Assembly (NCBI GenBank): GCA_020725805.1
Contig: DYEF01000046.1
Coordinates: forward strand, 36,573 to 100,572
Origin: Bdellovibrio sp.
Lineage (GTDB): Bacteria; Myxococcota; SpSt-1050
Length of the DNA stretch: 64,000 nucleotides
Reading direction: 5' to 3'
Below are positions 8,818-18,147 of the stretch, piece by piece. Position 1 is the stretch's first letter. Each line of letters begins with the position of its first letter. The position numbers and the translations under genes were made by a program. The notes under the pieces were generated by a model. It did not search any database. It was not told where the DNA came from and saw only the letters and a list, made by a program, of their open reading frames with translations.

Positions 8818-9873
8818 ATGAAAGAGTCCAACGTACCCGGATTGATAGATTTAAGAGCAGTAAACAGAATGCTCCGACGATATAATGCCGGTCTTTTAAA
8901 AAGATATCTCGGACGAACGGTCTGTGACAGCGTCAGGATTGATGCGGATGTGCTGAACAAGGGGATATTTACTCCGCTCTCAGACTTTCTCGGCCGCGGG
9001 GGAAAGAGGTGGAGGGTCTCTCTTTTCGATACTGTTCTTAAGATAACAGGCGGCAGTAAGGAGAGATACAGGAAATATTCTGTCATAACCGAACTTATTC
9101 ACAACGGGACTCTTATGGCAGACGATATAGAGGATAACTCCCCGATGAGGAGAGGGCTTCCCGCACTTCATTTGATATACGGTACTGATATAGTCCTCAA
9201 CCTCTCTCAGTTTCTGTATTTCTTCCCGCTCATTGAACTTCCGGAGCTTAAAGACAAGGACCTCAGGTCGAAACTGATGAACATCTATATAGAGGAGATG
9301 ATAAAGCTCGCATCCGGACAGGCTGTTGATATTGTCTGGCACAAAGGACTGTATGATATAGGGAAAATAACAGTCAGGGACTACCTCACTATGTGCTCGA
9401 TGAAGACCGGATCTCTTGCAAGGATGTCGGTAAGGATGGCTTGTGCATTTGCCGGCACTGACAGGTCAAAGGAACGTTCTCTGGCCGGTTTCGCCACTGC
9501 GCTCGGAATCGCTTTTCAGATAAGGGATGATATCCTCGACATTACGGAATCCGGTCTTTCGGCGAAGAAGGGTGGTACAGGTAATGATATTACCGAGGGG
9601 AAGATAACGCTTGTGGTTCTGAGAACGTTGAAAGTGGCAGACCGCTCTGACAGGAAAAGACTCCTTGGCATTCTTATGGCTCATACGAGGGACCGCAGAA
9701 AGATCATAAAGGCTCTGGATATTATTCAGCGATATGACGGTATCAGCTTCTCGCTTGAGACTGCCAGATCTGTTCTAAAAAGGTCTTTTTGTGGCCTCAA
9801 AAGAGAGTTTTCCGAAAATAAGGTAAAAAAACTGAGGGAGTTTGCTGATTTCTGTCTGAACAGAGACGTATAA
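8818..9873 (+). CDS. Polyprenyl (geranylgeranyl/farnesyl-type) diphosphate synthase
   Basis: First Asp-rich motif LMADDIEDNSPMRRG and second Asp-rich motif FQIRDDILD, about 350 aa. Classic trans-isoprenyl diphosphate synthase signature. Confidence 0.85.
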   Translation: MKESNVPGLIDLRAVNRMLRRYNAGLLKRYLGRTVCDSVRIDADVLNKGIFTPLSDFLGRGGKRWRVSLFDTVLKITGGSKERYRKYSVITELIHNGTLMADDIEDNSPMRRGLPALHLIYGTDIVLNLSQFLYFFPLIELPELKDKDLRSKLMNIYIEEMIKLASGQAVDIVWHKGLYDIGKITVRDYLTMCSMKTGSLARMSVRMACAFAGTDRSKERSLAGFATALGIAFQIRDDILDITESGLSAKKGGTGNDITEGKITLVVLRTLKVADRSDRKRLLGILMAHTRDRRKIIKALDIIQRYDGISFSLETARSVLKRSFCGLKREFSENKVKKLREFADFCLNRDV

Positions 9874-9900
9874 ATATCTGAACCGGCTTTTTTTATTCCT

Positions 9901-10827
9901 CTAAAAGATATACGAGAGCATAAATCCTATCTGTAAAGTAAACATAAGATAGTACATATGGTGCCAGCTGGGATGATTTTCTGTAAGTTTTTCGAACGGG
10001 TCCTTGTCTATCATTCTGACGACGAAATGTCCCCAGACGGTACAGATGACTCCGAGGGAAACGAGCAGATACCTGTTGCCGGTGAAATAGCCTGATAATG
10101 TGAGAAGAATAATCAGCAGGAAGGGGAGTGTATAGAAGGGGTAGATAATCTTTACGGTCAGGTCCTTTCCGTACATGACCGGGAGGGTGTTGCAGCCGTT
10201 CGATTTATCCCCTTTTATATCTGCAAAGTCCTTGCTGTTTGTGGCGCCGAAGAGAAAGAGACCGAATATCAGTCCTATGAACCACGCCTCGGGGAGCAGG
10301 ATAGACTTCGTGACAGACCATCCGGCGACCTTCAGAAGGATGCCCCGCGGTATTGCGATTGTCAGATTCGCAACCCATCCGTTCTTCTTGAATCTGAAAG
10401 GAGGTGCGCTGTAGAGGATTGTGGCAACCGCTGCCGCAAGAAACATCAGAAAGCATCCGGTGTTGATAAGCAGGGTTGAAAATACAGAGACAATATATAG
10501 TATCAGGGAGAATAATTTTGCCTCTTTTATGCTCATATCTCCTCTGACCAGGACGCGTCCGGGCTTGTTGATACGGTCGATTTCGATATCATATATCTGA
10601 TTGAGTACGTTCGATGCCGCATTCAGAAGGGATGCCATAACAGATGCTAAAGCGATTTTGATTATCCACAGTTCGGTTGTTTCCGAGTTGTGGGTAAATT
10701 TCGGACTTGCCCCGTAGGCAGTAATGGCTCCGCTTATTATCCCGAGGGCAGGGGCAATGAGGGTAAAGGGACGCATAATTTCTACGTATATTCCAACCGG
10801 ACTTTTTGAAGTCTTTCTATCTGTCAT
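9901..10827 (-). CDS. UbiA-superfamily membrane prenyltransferase
   Basis: NVLNQIYDIEIDRINKPGR (NxxxDxxxD motif) and KDFADIKGDKSNGCNTLPV (second Asp-rich motif), about 8-9 TM segments. Start overlaps the stop of the upstream radical SAM gene by 11 nt. Confidence 0.85.
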   Translation of the reverse strand: MTDRKTSKSPVGIYVEIMRPFTLIAPALGIISGAITAYGASPKFTHNSETTELWIIKIALASVMASLLNAASNVLNQIYDIEIDRINKPGRVLVRGDMSIKEAKLFSLILYIVSVFSTLLINTGCFLMFLAAAVATILYSAPPFRFKKNGWVANLTIAIPRGILLKVAGWSVTKSILLPEAWFIGLIFGLFLFGATNSKDFADIKGDKSNGCNTLPVMYGKDLTVKIIYPFYTLPFLLIILLTLSGYFTGNRYLLVSLGVICTVWGHFVVRMIDKDPFEKLTENHPSWHHMYYLMFTLQIGFMLSYIF

Positions 10828-12343
10828 ACCATTTTGGCTTGTAGAGGAGGTGGTAGTTCTTCGGGTCGAGCGGATTGAGTCTCATGTAGAGATTTCTAAG
10901 ACCTACCTTTGAAGCCACAAGGAGCCACCAGATATACATATTTCTCTTGTATCTGTATTTTGAGGTAAGCCCTTTTACTATCCAGTCAAGCTGCAGGTAT
11001 TCGGATGTTATTTCAGCCGTTATGTCGAGTATCTCCTCTCTTGTAAGATACTCTGAATCCATAACGGGTGTACTCCAGTCGAATTCGTCGAAGGATATCT
11101 CTTTTAGCCAGCCGTTGGTAATAGCCTCGTCGTACATAACTGTCCCGGGCACAGGTGTCAGAGGATGGAATGCCGGAAAGTCGAGTCCGAGCCCCTTTGC
11201 ATATTCTCCGAGTTTTTTCAGAGACTCCCGGCTCTCTTTTCGGTGCCCCACAATGAAAGTGCCCTGCAGGAAGACCTGAGGGTATTTCCGTCTGAAAATA
11301 CTGATTACCTCTTCGGTCACGGACGGTTTGTAGAATTTCTTGTTGAAAGAGTCCAGTACGTCCTTTTCGACCCGCTCAATCCCGATACATATATGGACGA
11401 GACCGGACCTTACCATCTTCTCGAGTATCCCGTTTTTCTCGTCCCTCAGAAGGCAGTCCGCGCGCATAAAGGCAAACCACCAGACGGGGAGATTCTTTTT
11501 AAGAAGGAGTCCGGCGAATCTCTCATTCCATTCAGGGAGCAGATTGAACGAATCATCTACGAAGATCATCATTCTTTTGTTGTGAACCCTGTAGAGGTAT
11601 TCTATCTCTTCGACCGTATATTCCGGACTTTTGGTCCTGAACCGGGGAATCAGCTTTATCTTCCCGTTTTCGATTCTGCGCTCGGCGTTATTGACCCAGA
11701 AGGCACAGAACGAGCATTTTCCTGTGCAGCCCCTCGAGTGATGGATTGTGGTCCCGCCGGGGGAGAAGAGATAGTCGGACTTTCCGTAGAGATGCATCGG
11801 AAGCATATCGTATGCGGGCAGAGGGAGTGAATCCAGATTCTCAATAAGAGGTCTGGGCTCCGTCATAATAATTCCGGAATCCCGTCTGAAGGCAATCCCC
11901 TTTACCTTCTCCACGTCGCCGGGTTTGTCTCTCAGATAACTGACAAGTTCCAGAAGAGTCTCTTCCCCCTCGCCAATAACAATATAATCGACGACATTTG
12001 AGGAGAGGGTCCACTCAACGGTATTTGCAAAATGGGTCCCGCCGGTAATCGTGATGATATCTTTATCTATTCCCTTTGCGAGTTTGAGTACCCTGAGTGC
12101 CTCGGATGCATACATCGAGTGATTCTCCCCGACTGCAACAATGTCGGGCCGGTAGTCTATTATCTCTTTTGCAAGGGATTTATAGCCGATATGGAGCGGA
12201 AGGCAGTCGAGTATTTTCGTCTCAATCCCCGCTCTTCTGAGATAAGCCGCAAGGCAGATTAGGTTCTGCGGGACGAGATAATTATCCTGCTCGTGAATAA
12301 AAGGCCAGAAGGCCCTCGGGCCATGTATGAACATTACCTTCAT
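10817..12343 (-). CDS. B12-binding-domain radical SAM protein (paralog A)
   Basis: N-terminal Rossmann-like B12 domain (ITGGTHFA, VIGEGEETLLEL), then HHSRGCTGKCSFCAF (CxxxCxxC). ATGA overlap with the upstream paralog B. Confidence 0.9.
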   Translation of the reverse strand: MKVMFIHGPRAFWPFIHEQDNYLVPQNLICLAAYLRRAGIETKILDCLPLHIGYKSLAKEIIDYRPDIVAVGENHSMYASEALRVLKLAKGIDKDIITITGGTHFANTVEWTLSSNVVDYIVIGEGEETLLELVSYLRDKPGDVEKVKGIAFRRDSGIIMTEPRPLIENLDSLPLPAYDMLPMHLYGKSDYLFSPGGTTIHHSRGCTGKCSFCAFWVNNAERRIENGKIKLIPRFRTKSPEYTVEEIEYLYRVHNKRMMIFVDDSFNLLPEWNERFAGLLLKKNLPVWWFAFMRADCLLRDEKNGILEKMVRSGLVHICIGIERVEKDVLDSFNKKFYKPSVTEEVISIFRRKYPQVFLQGTFIVGHRKESRESLKKLGEYAKGLGLDFPAFHPLTPVPGTVMYDEAITNGWLKEISFDEFDWSTPVMDSEYLTREEILDITAEITSEYLQLDWIVKGLTSKYRYKRNMYIWWLLVASKVGLRNLYMRLNPLDPKNYHLLYKPKWYDR

Positions 12344-13746
12344 TTCAGCATCGCATAGATTCCGTAAAGCAGATTTTTCGGAGTAATGGTCCTGATGACG
12401 AAGAGGTGTCTGAAGACCATTTTGAGCCTCAGATAAAATCTCCTTGTTGCTATTTTCTGAAGATACAATAGTCTCTCGGCGGAGATTCTGTCCGTTGCCA
12501 GTGCCATCTTTGAGGGGTCGGGGTTGAAGGTTGTGAAATTCTCCCAGTCCTTTCTGTTCAGTTTTCCGCCCGATGAGAGCATATCGTATAACTGAGAGCC
12601 CGGAAAAGGGACGGTTACTGCAAACTTTGCAAAATCCACATCCGAATCGATAGCAAATCTGATAGTCTCTTCTATCTCCTCTTCCGACTCGTCCGGGAGT
12701 CCTATCATAAAGAGTCCGACAATATGAATCTTCTCCTCGTGCGCTGTCCGGATTATTTCTCTGGTAAGCTGGAGGTCGAGCCTCTTGTTTATGGAGTTGA
12801 GAACCCTCTGACTACCGGATTCTATTCCGAAGAGCAGTCTTCTGGCGCCGGCACGGTACATCAGGTTCAGAAGTTTTTTATTGAGTCTGTCGGGCCGTGT
12901 CTCTGATATCCATACGACCTTTTTATTTATCCCCCTTCTGATTAGTTCCTCGCAGAAGAGGGTTGTATGTTCTTCCTCGAACGGAAATATCGGGTCGATA
13001 AAACCGACCTGCCTTACATTGAATCTTTTATGCAGATATTCGAATTCATCTGCGATCGATTCCGGTGACCGCTTTCTGTAGATCTTTCCCATATAGTCAA
13101 GGGAACAGTATGTGCATCTGTACGGACATCCCCTCGAGCCGGAGACTGAGAGCGTAGGTTTTGCGATATCGGCAAAGGGGAGCATTCCGTATGATTTATA
13201 GGGAAAGAGTTCCCACGACGGAAACGGAAACGAGTCCAGATTTCTCGGAGGTTCCCTGTCGCCGGTATTAACTGTAGTACTTCCTTCCCTGAAAGCAATC
13301 CCCTTTATCTCCCTCAGAGGTTTTTTGCCTGTTATTGCGCTGATTATCTCAACAATGCTCTCTTCCGCCTCGCCGTGTGCAATTATATCGGCAAGTCCGC
13401 TTCCGAGAAAATCCTCATAAAAGAGACTTGCGTGGATTCCTCCGAGAATAATTTTTGTGTCTTTATTCTGTTCCCTGATTATTTTGCACATATTTTCGAC
13501 AACGGGTGCCGACGGTGTGAGAGTGGTAATGCCGACGATGTCGGGCTGAAAAAGAAGAAGTCTCTTTTTCAGGTCGTCATACGAGAGTTCCTGCCCGAAA
13601 TAATCCATTACCTCGACTTCAAGTCCCTCTCTTTTCAGGATAGAGGCAATGTAGGCAAGTCCTATACAGGGCATTGCCTGCAGGAGTTTGGAAAATCTTC
13701 CAAATCTGTCCTTGACTATTGGCGGATTGATCAGTAGGGCGCGCAC
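12340..13746 (-). CDS. B12-binding-domain radical SAM protein (paralog B)
   Basis: GTG start, MRALLINPP. ILGGIHAS, AHGEAEESIVEI, SGSRGCPYRCTYCSL. The C-terminus DFAKFAVTVPFPGSQLYD closely resembles paralog D. Confidence 0.9.
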   Translation of the reverse strand: MRALLINPPIVKDRFGRFSKLLQAMPCIGLAYIASILKREGLEVEVMDYFGQELSYDDLKKRLLLFQPDIVGITTLTPSAPVVENMCKIIREQNKDTKIILGGIHASLFYEDFLGSGLADIIAHGEAEESIVEIISAITGKKPLREIKGIAFREGSTTVNTGDREPPRNLDSFPFPSWELFPYKSYGMLPFADIAKPTLSVSGSRGCPYRCTYCSLDYMGKIYRKRSPESIADEFEYLHKRFNVRQVGFIDPIFPFEEEHTTLFCEELIRRGINKKVVWISETRPDRLNKKLLNLMYRAGARRLLFGIESGSQRVLNSINKRLDLQLTREIIRTAHEEKIHIVGLFMIGLPDESEEEIEETIRFAIDSDVDFAKFAVTVPFPGSQLYDMLSSGGKLNRKDWENFTTFNPDPSKMALATDRISAERLLYLQKIATRRFYLRLKMVFRHLFVIRTITPKNLLYGIYAMLK

Positions 13747-13796
13747 TATTTCTTCGGTCTGATTCCTTTGGGTCTTGGATTCGGTCTCCAGTTCAT
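13746..13796 (-). CDS. 16-codon upstream ORF (MNWRPNPRPKGIRPKK) translationally coupled to paralog B
   Basis: Hand translation: GGAGGTG (13809-13803), 6-7 nt spacer, ATG at 13796. Its TAG stop (13748-13746) shares one nucleotide with the GTG start of paralog B (TAGTG). The GTG itself has no SD of its own. Confidence 0.4.
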   Translation of the reverse strand: MNWRPNPRPKGIRPKK

Positions 13797-13822
13797 TAAA
13801 ACACCTCCGATTAACAAATTGT

Positions 13823-13851
13823 TATATACCAGTTGCAAATAATATTGTCAA
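13823..13851 (-). promoter_or_regulatory. Sigma70-like promoter (TTGACA-17 nt-TATATA) upstream of the uORF/paralog B operon
   Basis: On the minus strand, TTGACA is at 13851-13846, followed by a 17-nt spacer and TATATA at 13828-13823. The SD of the uORF lies about 14 nt downstream of the -10. Confidence 0.5.
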
Positions 13852-13898
13852 TTTTTGTTACTATGACTTGAGGCATTTTTGCCATAAAAAACAAAGTT

Positions 13899-15305
13899 TT
13901 ATCGCAGGATCTTTCTGAACTGGTTTGCAACAAGGTGAATACCGAATCTGACCAGAGTGGAAAGGTCTACTTTATAGAAGAGGTTTCTGATGCGCGAAGG
14001 TCTGAGATAGAATCTGATGTATCCGAGTGTCTGGAAGTATTCGAGTCTTGCACGCGGGACGGAGTCCAGTTCGAGGGTATTGCCTACGATTCTTCCGGTA
14101 GCCTCATACGATTCGCTTTTCAGTCTGAGTCCTCCGATTCCTCTCTTTGCCCACTCATATACCTCGGTGCTCGGAAACGGTGCAAGGATTGCGAGATTTA
14201 TGAAATCCGGGTCTGTTTTCATTATAAAGTCAATTGTCTGTTTTATGGTCTCCTCGTTTTCGTACGGCAGACCGAGAATGAAATTTGTATCTACCTTTAT
14301 TCCGGCCTCCTTCGTCCATCTGATCGCCTGTTCGGTCTGTTCGAGTGTAAATCCCTTTCTGATTCCGTCCAGTATCCTCTGGTTTCCGCATTCGGCACCG
14401 TATACAATCGAAAATACGTTTGCCTCTTTCATTGCCCTGAGCATCTCCTTGTTTACCCTGTCTATTCGTGTGGAGGCAATATATCTTACTTTGTTGAGAC
14501 CCCTTTTGGCTATCTCGCTGAAAAGGCTGATTGTGTATTCGGGTTCGATTGTAAGAGTATCGTCTGCAAAGAATATCTGAGTGGCTTTGTACTCCCTTAT
14601 GTCCCTTTCTATCTCGTCTGCCACCGACTGAAAGGACCTCGTTCTGACATTGTGGCCCATAGGCTGGTAACAGAAGACGCATCTGTTTGGACACCCCCTT
14701 GCGGTAATTACAGGGATTTCAATACCTCTGAAATAGTGTGGTTTGTATTTTTCAAACGGGAAGCCTGTAAAATCCGGCATCGGGAATTTGTCTATCTCTG
14801 TCTCCAGCTCTCTGGGAGGATTTACACTGATTTCGTCTCCGGTTCTGTATGCAAGACCTTTGACCTTCTCCAATTCCGCATTGTTTTTCAGCGAGTTTAT
14901 CAGTTCCAGAAGTGTATATTCACCTTCTCCGAACACAACGAAGTCAATGGATTTGTATCTCCTGAGTGTGTCTTCGGGGAGTGCGCTGGGGTGAGAGCCT
15001 CCGACAACCACTTTGATATTCTTGTTTATTTCCTTGATTCTGTCGGCGAGATAGGCTCCGTCGTCCATCTCGGATGTGCAGTGGATATTTATTCCTGCAA
15101 TATCAGGAGAAAATTCGTTTATTACATCCCTGAGAGCGCTTAATGGTTTTCTGTATGCACGGGCGTCGAATATCCTGCTCCCTATACCGCTGTTCTTCAT
15201 AAATGCGTGCAGGTATGCAATCCCCAGCGGCGGACCCTTCTGGTTCATTCCGAGTTCCTTGTCGATTCCGAAAGTGTGATATGGCACAATAAAGAGTATT
15301 TTCAT
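13899..15305 (-). CDS. B12-binding-domain radical SAM protein (paralog C)
   Basis: Preferred start is ATG at 15305 (MKILFIVPY). The track start at 15338 is a TTG adding 11 aa. VVGGSHPS, VFGEGEYTLLEL, ITARGCPNRCVFCYQ. Confidence 0.9.
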   Translation of the reverse strand: MKILFIVPYHTFGIDKELGMNQKGPPLGIAYLHAFMKNSGIGSRIFDARAYRKPLSALRDVINEFSPDIAGINIHCTSEMDDGAYLADRIKEINKNIKVVVGGSHPSALPEDTLRRYKSIDFVVFGEGEYTLLELINSLKNNAELEKVKGLAYRTGDEISVNPPRELETEIDKFPMPDFTGFPFEKYKPHYFRGIEIPVITARGCPNRCVFCYQPMGHNVRTRSFQSVADEIERDIREYKATQIFFADDTLTIEPEYTISLFSEIAKRGLNKVRYIASTRIDRVNKEMLRAMKEANVFSIVYGAECGNQRILDGIRKGFTLEQTEQAIRWTKEAGIKVDTNFILGLPYENEETIKQTIDFIMKTDPDFINLAILAPFPSTEVYEWAKRGIGGLRLKSESYEATGRIVGNTLELDSVPRARLEYFQTLGYIRFYLRPSRIRNLFYKVDLSTLVRFGIHLVANQFRKILR

Positions 15306-15534
15306 ACAATACCTTTGCTTTTCATAATATAATGTCAAACACAGACAAAAACAACATTAAATATTGAATAACATATCCTAAATTCAAATCACAGGAGTGG
15401 CAGCTTTTCTTTGTTATAACTGAGAATGCGGATGTCCGGTACCTGTGCCGAAGTCAATCCCGACGATAGAATTTGCTTTACACAAAGTGGTTTGCCATAT
15501 ATCATTTTGCTATTCTGATTAAGGAGGTTTTGCC

Positions 15535-16590
15535 GTGCCAAATCCGGAGTTTGTCAATCAGGAAGAACTCTTGAATTCCATTCTGCACATAAGCCCCCGT
15601 GTCAACTGGGATACACTGAGACTCAACGAAATCGAGGCATTCATTCTCTCGCGTGCAACAGGTGTTCTGACGATAAAGGAAATCATTGAGCAGACGAGTA
15701 TCGATGTCAGGCAGGCTGTCTCGATAATCAATGACTATCTTGCAAAAGGAATTCTTCTGATTGAGAAGAAGCAGCAGATGGGCAGTGCCGACTTTTCACT
15801 CTCCGGGCTCAAGAGGGCGGAGCAGAAGGTTACACTGAAGAAGGTGCAGGAAATCAAGTCTTTCGAGAACTTCGAGATAAAATTTCCGTTCGGAGAGATT
15901 TCGGAGTATCATTTTCCCAAGATTCTTTTATACGCCGTTTATTCGAAACTGACCGGGAAGATAGAGGTCGAGAGCGGACAGAAGATGAGAATCATAGGAT
16001 TCGACAACGGAATGGTCTGTGAGGTCAGAAGTATTCCGATTATCCTCGAGGAGTGTCTCGGAAGAATAATGCTTACGAGGGGAGAGATAACATACGAACA
16101 GTATCAGGAGAGTCTGAAACTTATGGCAAGGTCCCACAAGCGGCAGGGCGAGATTCTCGTGCAGATGAAGGCTGCCACAGAAAAGGGTATCGAGAATGCC
16201 TTAAGACTTCAGTCCGAGATAAAGATTACAGACCTTTTTGGCTGGGAGACCGGCGAATACAGGATAAAGCCGGGTGTAAAAATCAACAGGGCGTTTACCG
16301 GCGGGATTGACCTTGTTGCGGTGGTATTTTCGGGTGTGAAGGAGAAGAGTTCACTCGAAAGAATCAGAAAAGAGATCAAGAGTGTGCAGCTTCTGGGTTA
16401 TGAGTTTTCGAATGCCACGCTCTGTGAACACCTGAAAAAGATTGTCAAGGGTCCGGATGCCGGTGTCATCGCTCAGGTCGAAAAGAACAAGAGCGGTCAG
16501 GTCAACGACCTTCTGTCAGATAAATCGGCAGGGGCATATATGATGGTTTATATCTGCCTTCTTCTGGGAATAATCAGAATAAAGAGATAG
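15535..16590 (+). CDS. Hypothetical protein with DUF4388-like central domain
   Basis: AAGGAGG at 15521-15527, then a GTG start. The segment HFPKILLYAVYSKLTGKIEVESGQKMRIIGFDNGMVCEVRS resembles DUF4388. Hydrophobic C-terminal tail. Confidence 0.4.
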   Translation: MPNPEFVNQEELLNSILHISPRVNWDTLRLNEIEAFILSRATGVLTIKEIIEQTSIDVRQAVSIINDYLAKGILLIEKKQQMGSADFSLSGLKRAEQKVTLKKVQEIKSFENFEIKFPFGEISEYHFPKILLYAVYSKLTGKIEVESGQKMRIIGFDNGMVCEVRSIPIILEECLGRIMLTRGEITYEQYQESLKLMARSHKRQGEILVQMKAATEKGIENALRLQSEIKITDLFGWETGEYRIKPGVKINRAFTGGIDLVAVVFSGVKEKSSLERIRKEIKSVQLLGYEFSNATLCEHLKKIVKGPDAGVIAQVEKNKSGQVNDLLSDKSAGAYMMVYICLLLGIIRIKR

Positions 16591-16596
16591 ATACTG

Positions 16597-18078
16597 ATGT
16601 CCGACAGAAAAAAGACCATTCTGATAATTGCAGCAGCAGTTGTCCTTCTGCCTCTCTTTCTCAAGATCGCAGACTTTACGAGATTTGTGGTTTTTACCAC
16701 CCGTATTCACGAACTCTTTGCCGGAATTCTGAAATATCTCCTGAAAAATTATCTGATTCCTGTTCTGGTCATACTTGTTTCTGCAGTAAGTATTGCTGCC
16801 TGTCTTGTTTACAAAATATCGAAACGTAGATTATACAGGGATTTCTGGTTTATGTCCGGACTTCTCATATTTCTCTTCCAGATCTTTCCTCTGGCACTGC
16901 TTAAATCCGTAAAACCCGAATTGCTATATGTTTATCTGGTCTGTTTCGTATGTCTCTTTATCTTTCTTCTTTTGAGAAGCGTCCCGTTTGATTTTTTAAG
17001 GTCGTTTTCATTTTCGGTAATCTTTCTCTTCCCGGTCTTTGCACTCTTTTTAATGATCGGTTTTAATGCAAGTGCGGCAAGACCCCAAAAGACGATATTA
17101 AACGGGGGTCCCGGGCACAACCTTCTGGATGAGAGGTGCGACAGAAAGAGATTGCTCTCGCAGAAGGAGATAAAACCTGTCTGGCTTGAGGATGCCTGGT
17201 TATACGGAGGTGTTGCAACAAGGGACGGAAGGTTTATCTACTTTTCCGACAACGGATACGGGATTGTGGGTTTTGAAATCCGGGAGGACGGCACCTATGA
17301 AAAACTGCCTTTTGTGAGATATCCCGAAGGTTTTAATGCAGCCCTTTACAGCCACAGGCTCTATCTCACACCGGATGAAAAATATCTGTATTATTACGGG
17401 GCAAGGAGTGCGGAGTTCGTATTCATAGACAGGGAAAAACTCGAAGTCTCCTATGTCATTCCTACAAAAAACGGACTGGACGGATTCTCTGCCGCTATGG
17501 ATACAAAGAGAAATCTTATTTACGGATTCCCCTTTATCGGCAAAGAAGTCCCTGTACTTTCCTATGAGAACGGCGTTCCGAGACTGATAAAGTGGATTGA
17601 TTTCTCGCAGATATCGGGGTGGCTTATTCAGGGGGTATATGATGAAAAAAGGGATTATTTTATTATCTCAACCAGCCAGTGGCTTGTGGTTTATAACGCG
17701 TCTTCAATGGGTCTATTAAAATATTTATCCTTGGGCCCTATGGCCAATAGATTATTTATGATAGATAAAGATAACCTGCTTTTAACATATTATCACTCCG
17801 GATATTTTCAGGTTATCGATTTAAATACATTTAGTTTAAGCACAACTGATGCGCCAAAGGGAAAAACAGAAGCAGGATATGATAAAACAAACAATATATT
17901 AATGTTTGCCGATCTGGTATTTCCTTATTTATATATTTATAGCCGCGATAAATTCCTTTGGAAATCTTTATATACGGGTCCGAAGACAAGAGGGGTTGTA
18001 CAGACAGGTAAACTTGTCTTTGTTTCCTCCGCCTGCGGTATAGTTAGATTGGAACTGAAGGATGTTTTTGCAGACTAA
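16597..18078 (+). CDS. Polytopic membrane protein with C-terminal beta-propeller-like domain (paralog 1)
   Basis: About 160 aa of N-terminal TM helices, then about 330 aa rich in beta-strand/YxxD-like repeats. The C-terminus GPKTRGVVQTGKLVFVSSACGIVRLEL matches GPRPRGIGKDPVTGKIIVVSGCGVFEIK of the 23112-24575 product. Confidence 0.55.
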   Translation: MSDRKKTILIIAAAVVLLPLFLKIADFTRFVVFTTRIHELFAGILKYLLKNYLIPVLVILVSAVSIAACLVYKISKRRLYRDFWFMSGLLIFLFQIFPLALLKSVKPELLYVYLVCFVCLFIFLLLRSVPFDFLRSFSFSVIFLFPVFALFLMIGFNASAARPQKTILNGGPGHNLLDERCDRKRLLSQKEIKPVWLEDAWLYGGVATRDGRFIYFSDNGYGIVGFEIREDGTYEKLPFVRYPEGFNAALYSHRLYLTPDEKYLYYYGARSAEFVFIDREKLEVSYVIPTKNGLDGFSAAMDTKRNLIYGFPFIGKEVPVLSYENGVPRLIKWIDFSQISGWLIQGVYDEKRDYFIISTSQWLVVYNASSMGLLKYLSLGPMANRLFMIDKDNLLLTYYHSGYFQVIDLNTFSLSTTDAPKGKTEAGYDKTNNILMFADLVFPYLYIYSRDKFLWKSLYTGPKTRGVVQTGKLVFVSSACGIVRLELKDVFAD

Positions 18079-18147
18079 TTTGTCAATCATTAACGGAATT
18101 TTATTAATGTTCATTTTGCAATATCGGGATGTTTGGAACTAACAATT

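Noticed and set aside
13935-15143. Long antisense ORFs opposite clear genes. Examples: 13935-15143 (+, 402 aa), 11165-11830 (+), 29012-29647 (-), 32030-32623 (-), 38372-39088 (-), 39224-39739 (-), 60645-61361 (+), 63248-63856 (+), 3281-3880 (+).
   Set aside because: - In every case the opposite strand carries unmistakable family motifs (CxxxCxxC plus a B12 domain, DKTGTLT, TrkH filter motifs, TPR modules).
- The antisense translations are low-complexity Ser/Leu/Phe/Arg-rich with no motifs.
- They are typical shadow ORFs.
15339-15534. Looked for a cobalamin riboswitch (B12 box, GGGAA-type conserved core) here and in the other intergenic regions of the cluster (13747-13898, 20929-21059, 21576-21655, 28848-29005, 38534-38612), given the 13 B12-domain genes.
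   Set aside because: - I found no B12-box-like or conserved-core sequence by eye, and the regions are short and AT-rich.
- A covariance-model scan (Rfam RF00174) would be needed to exclude it formally.
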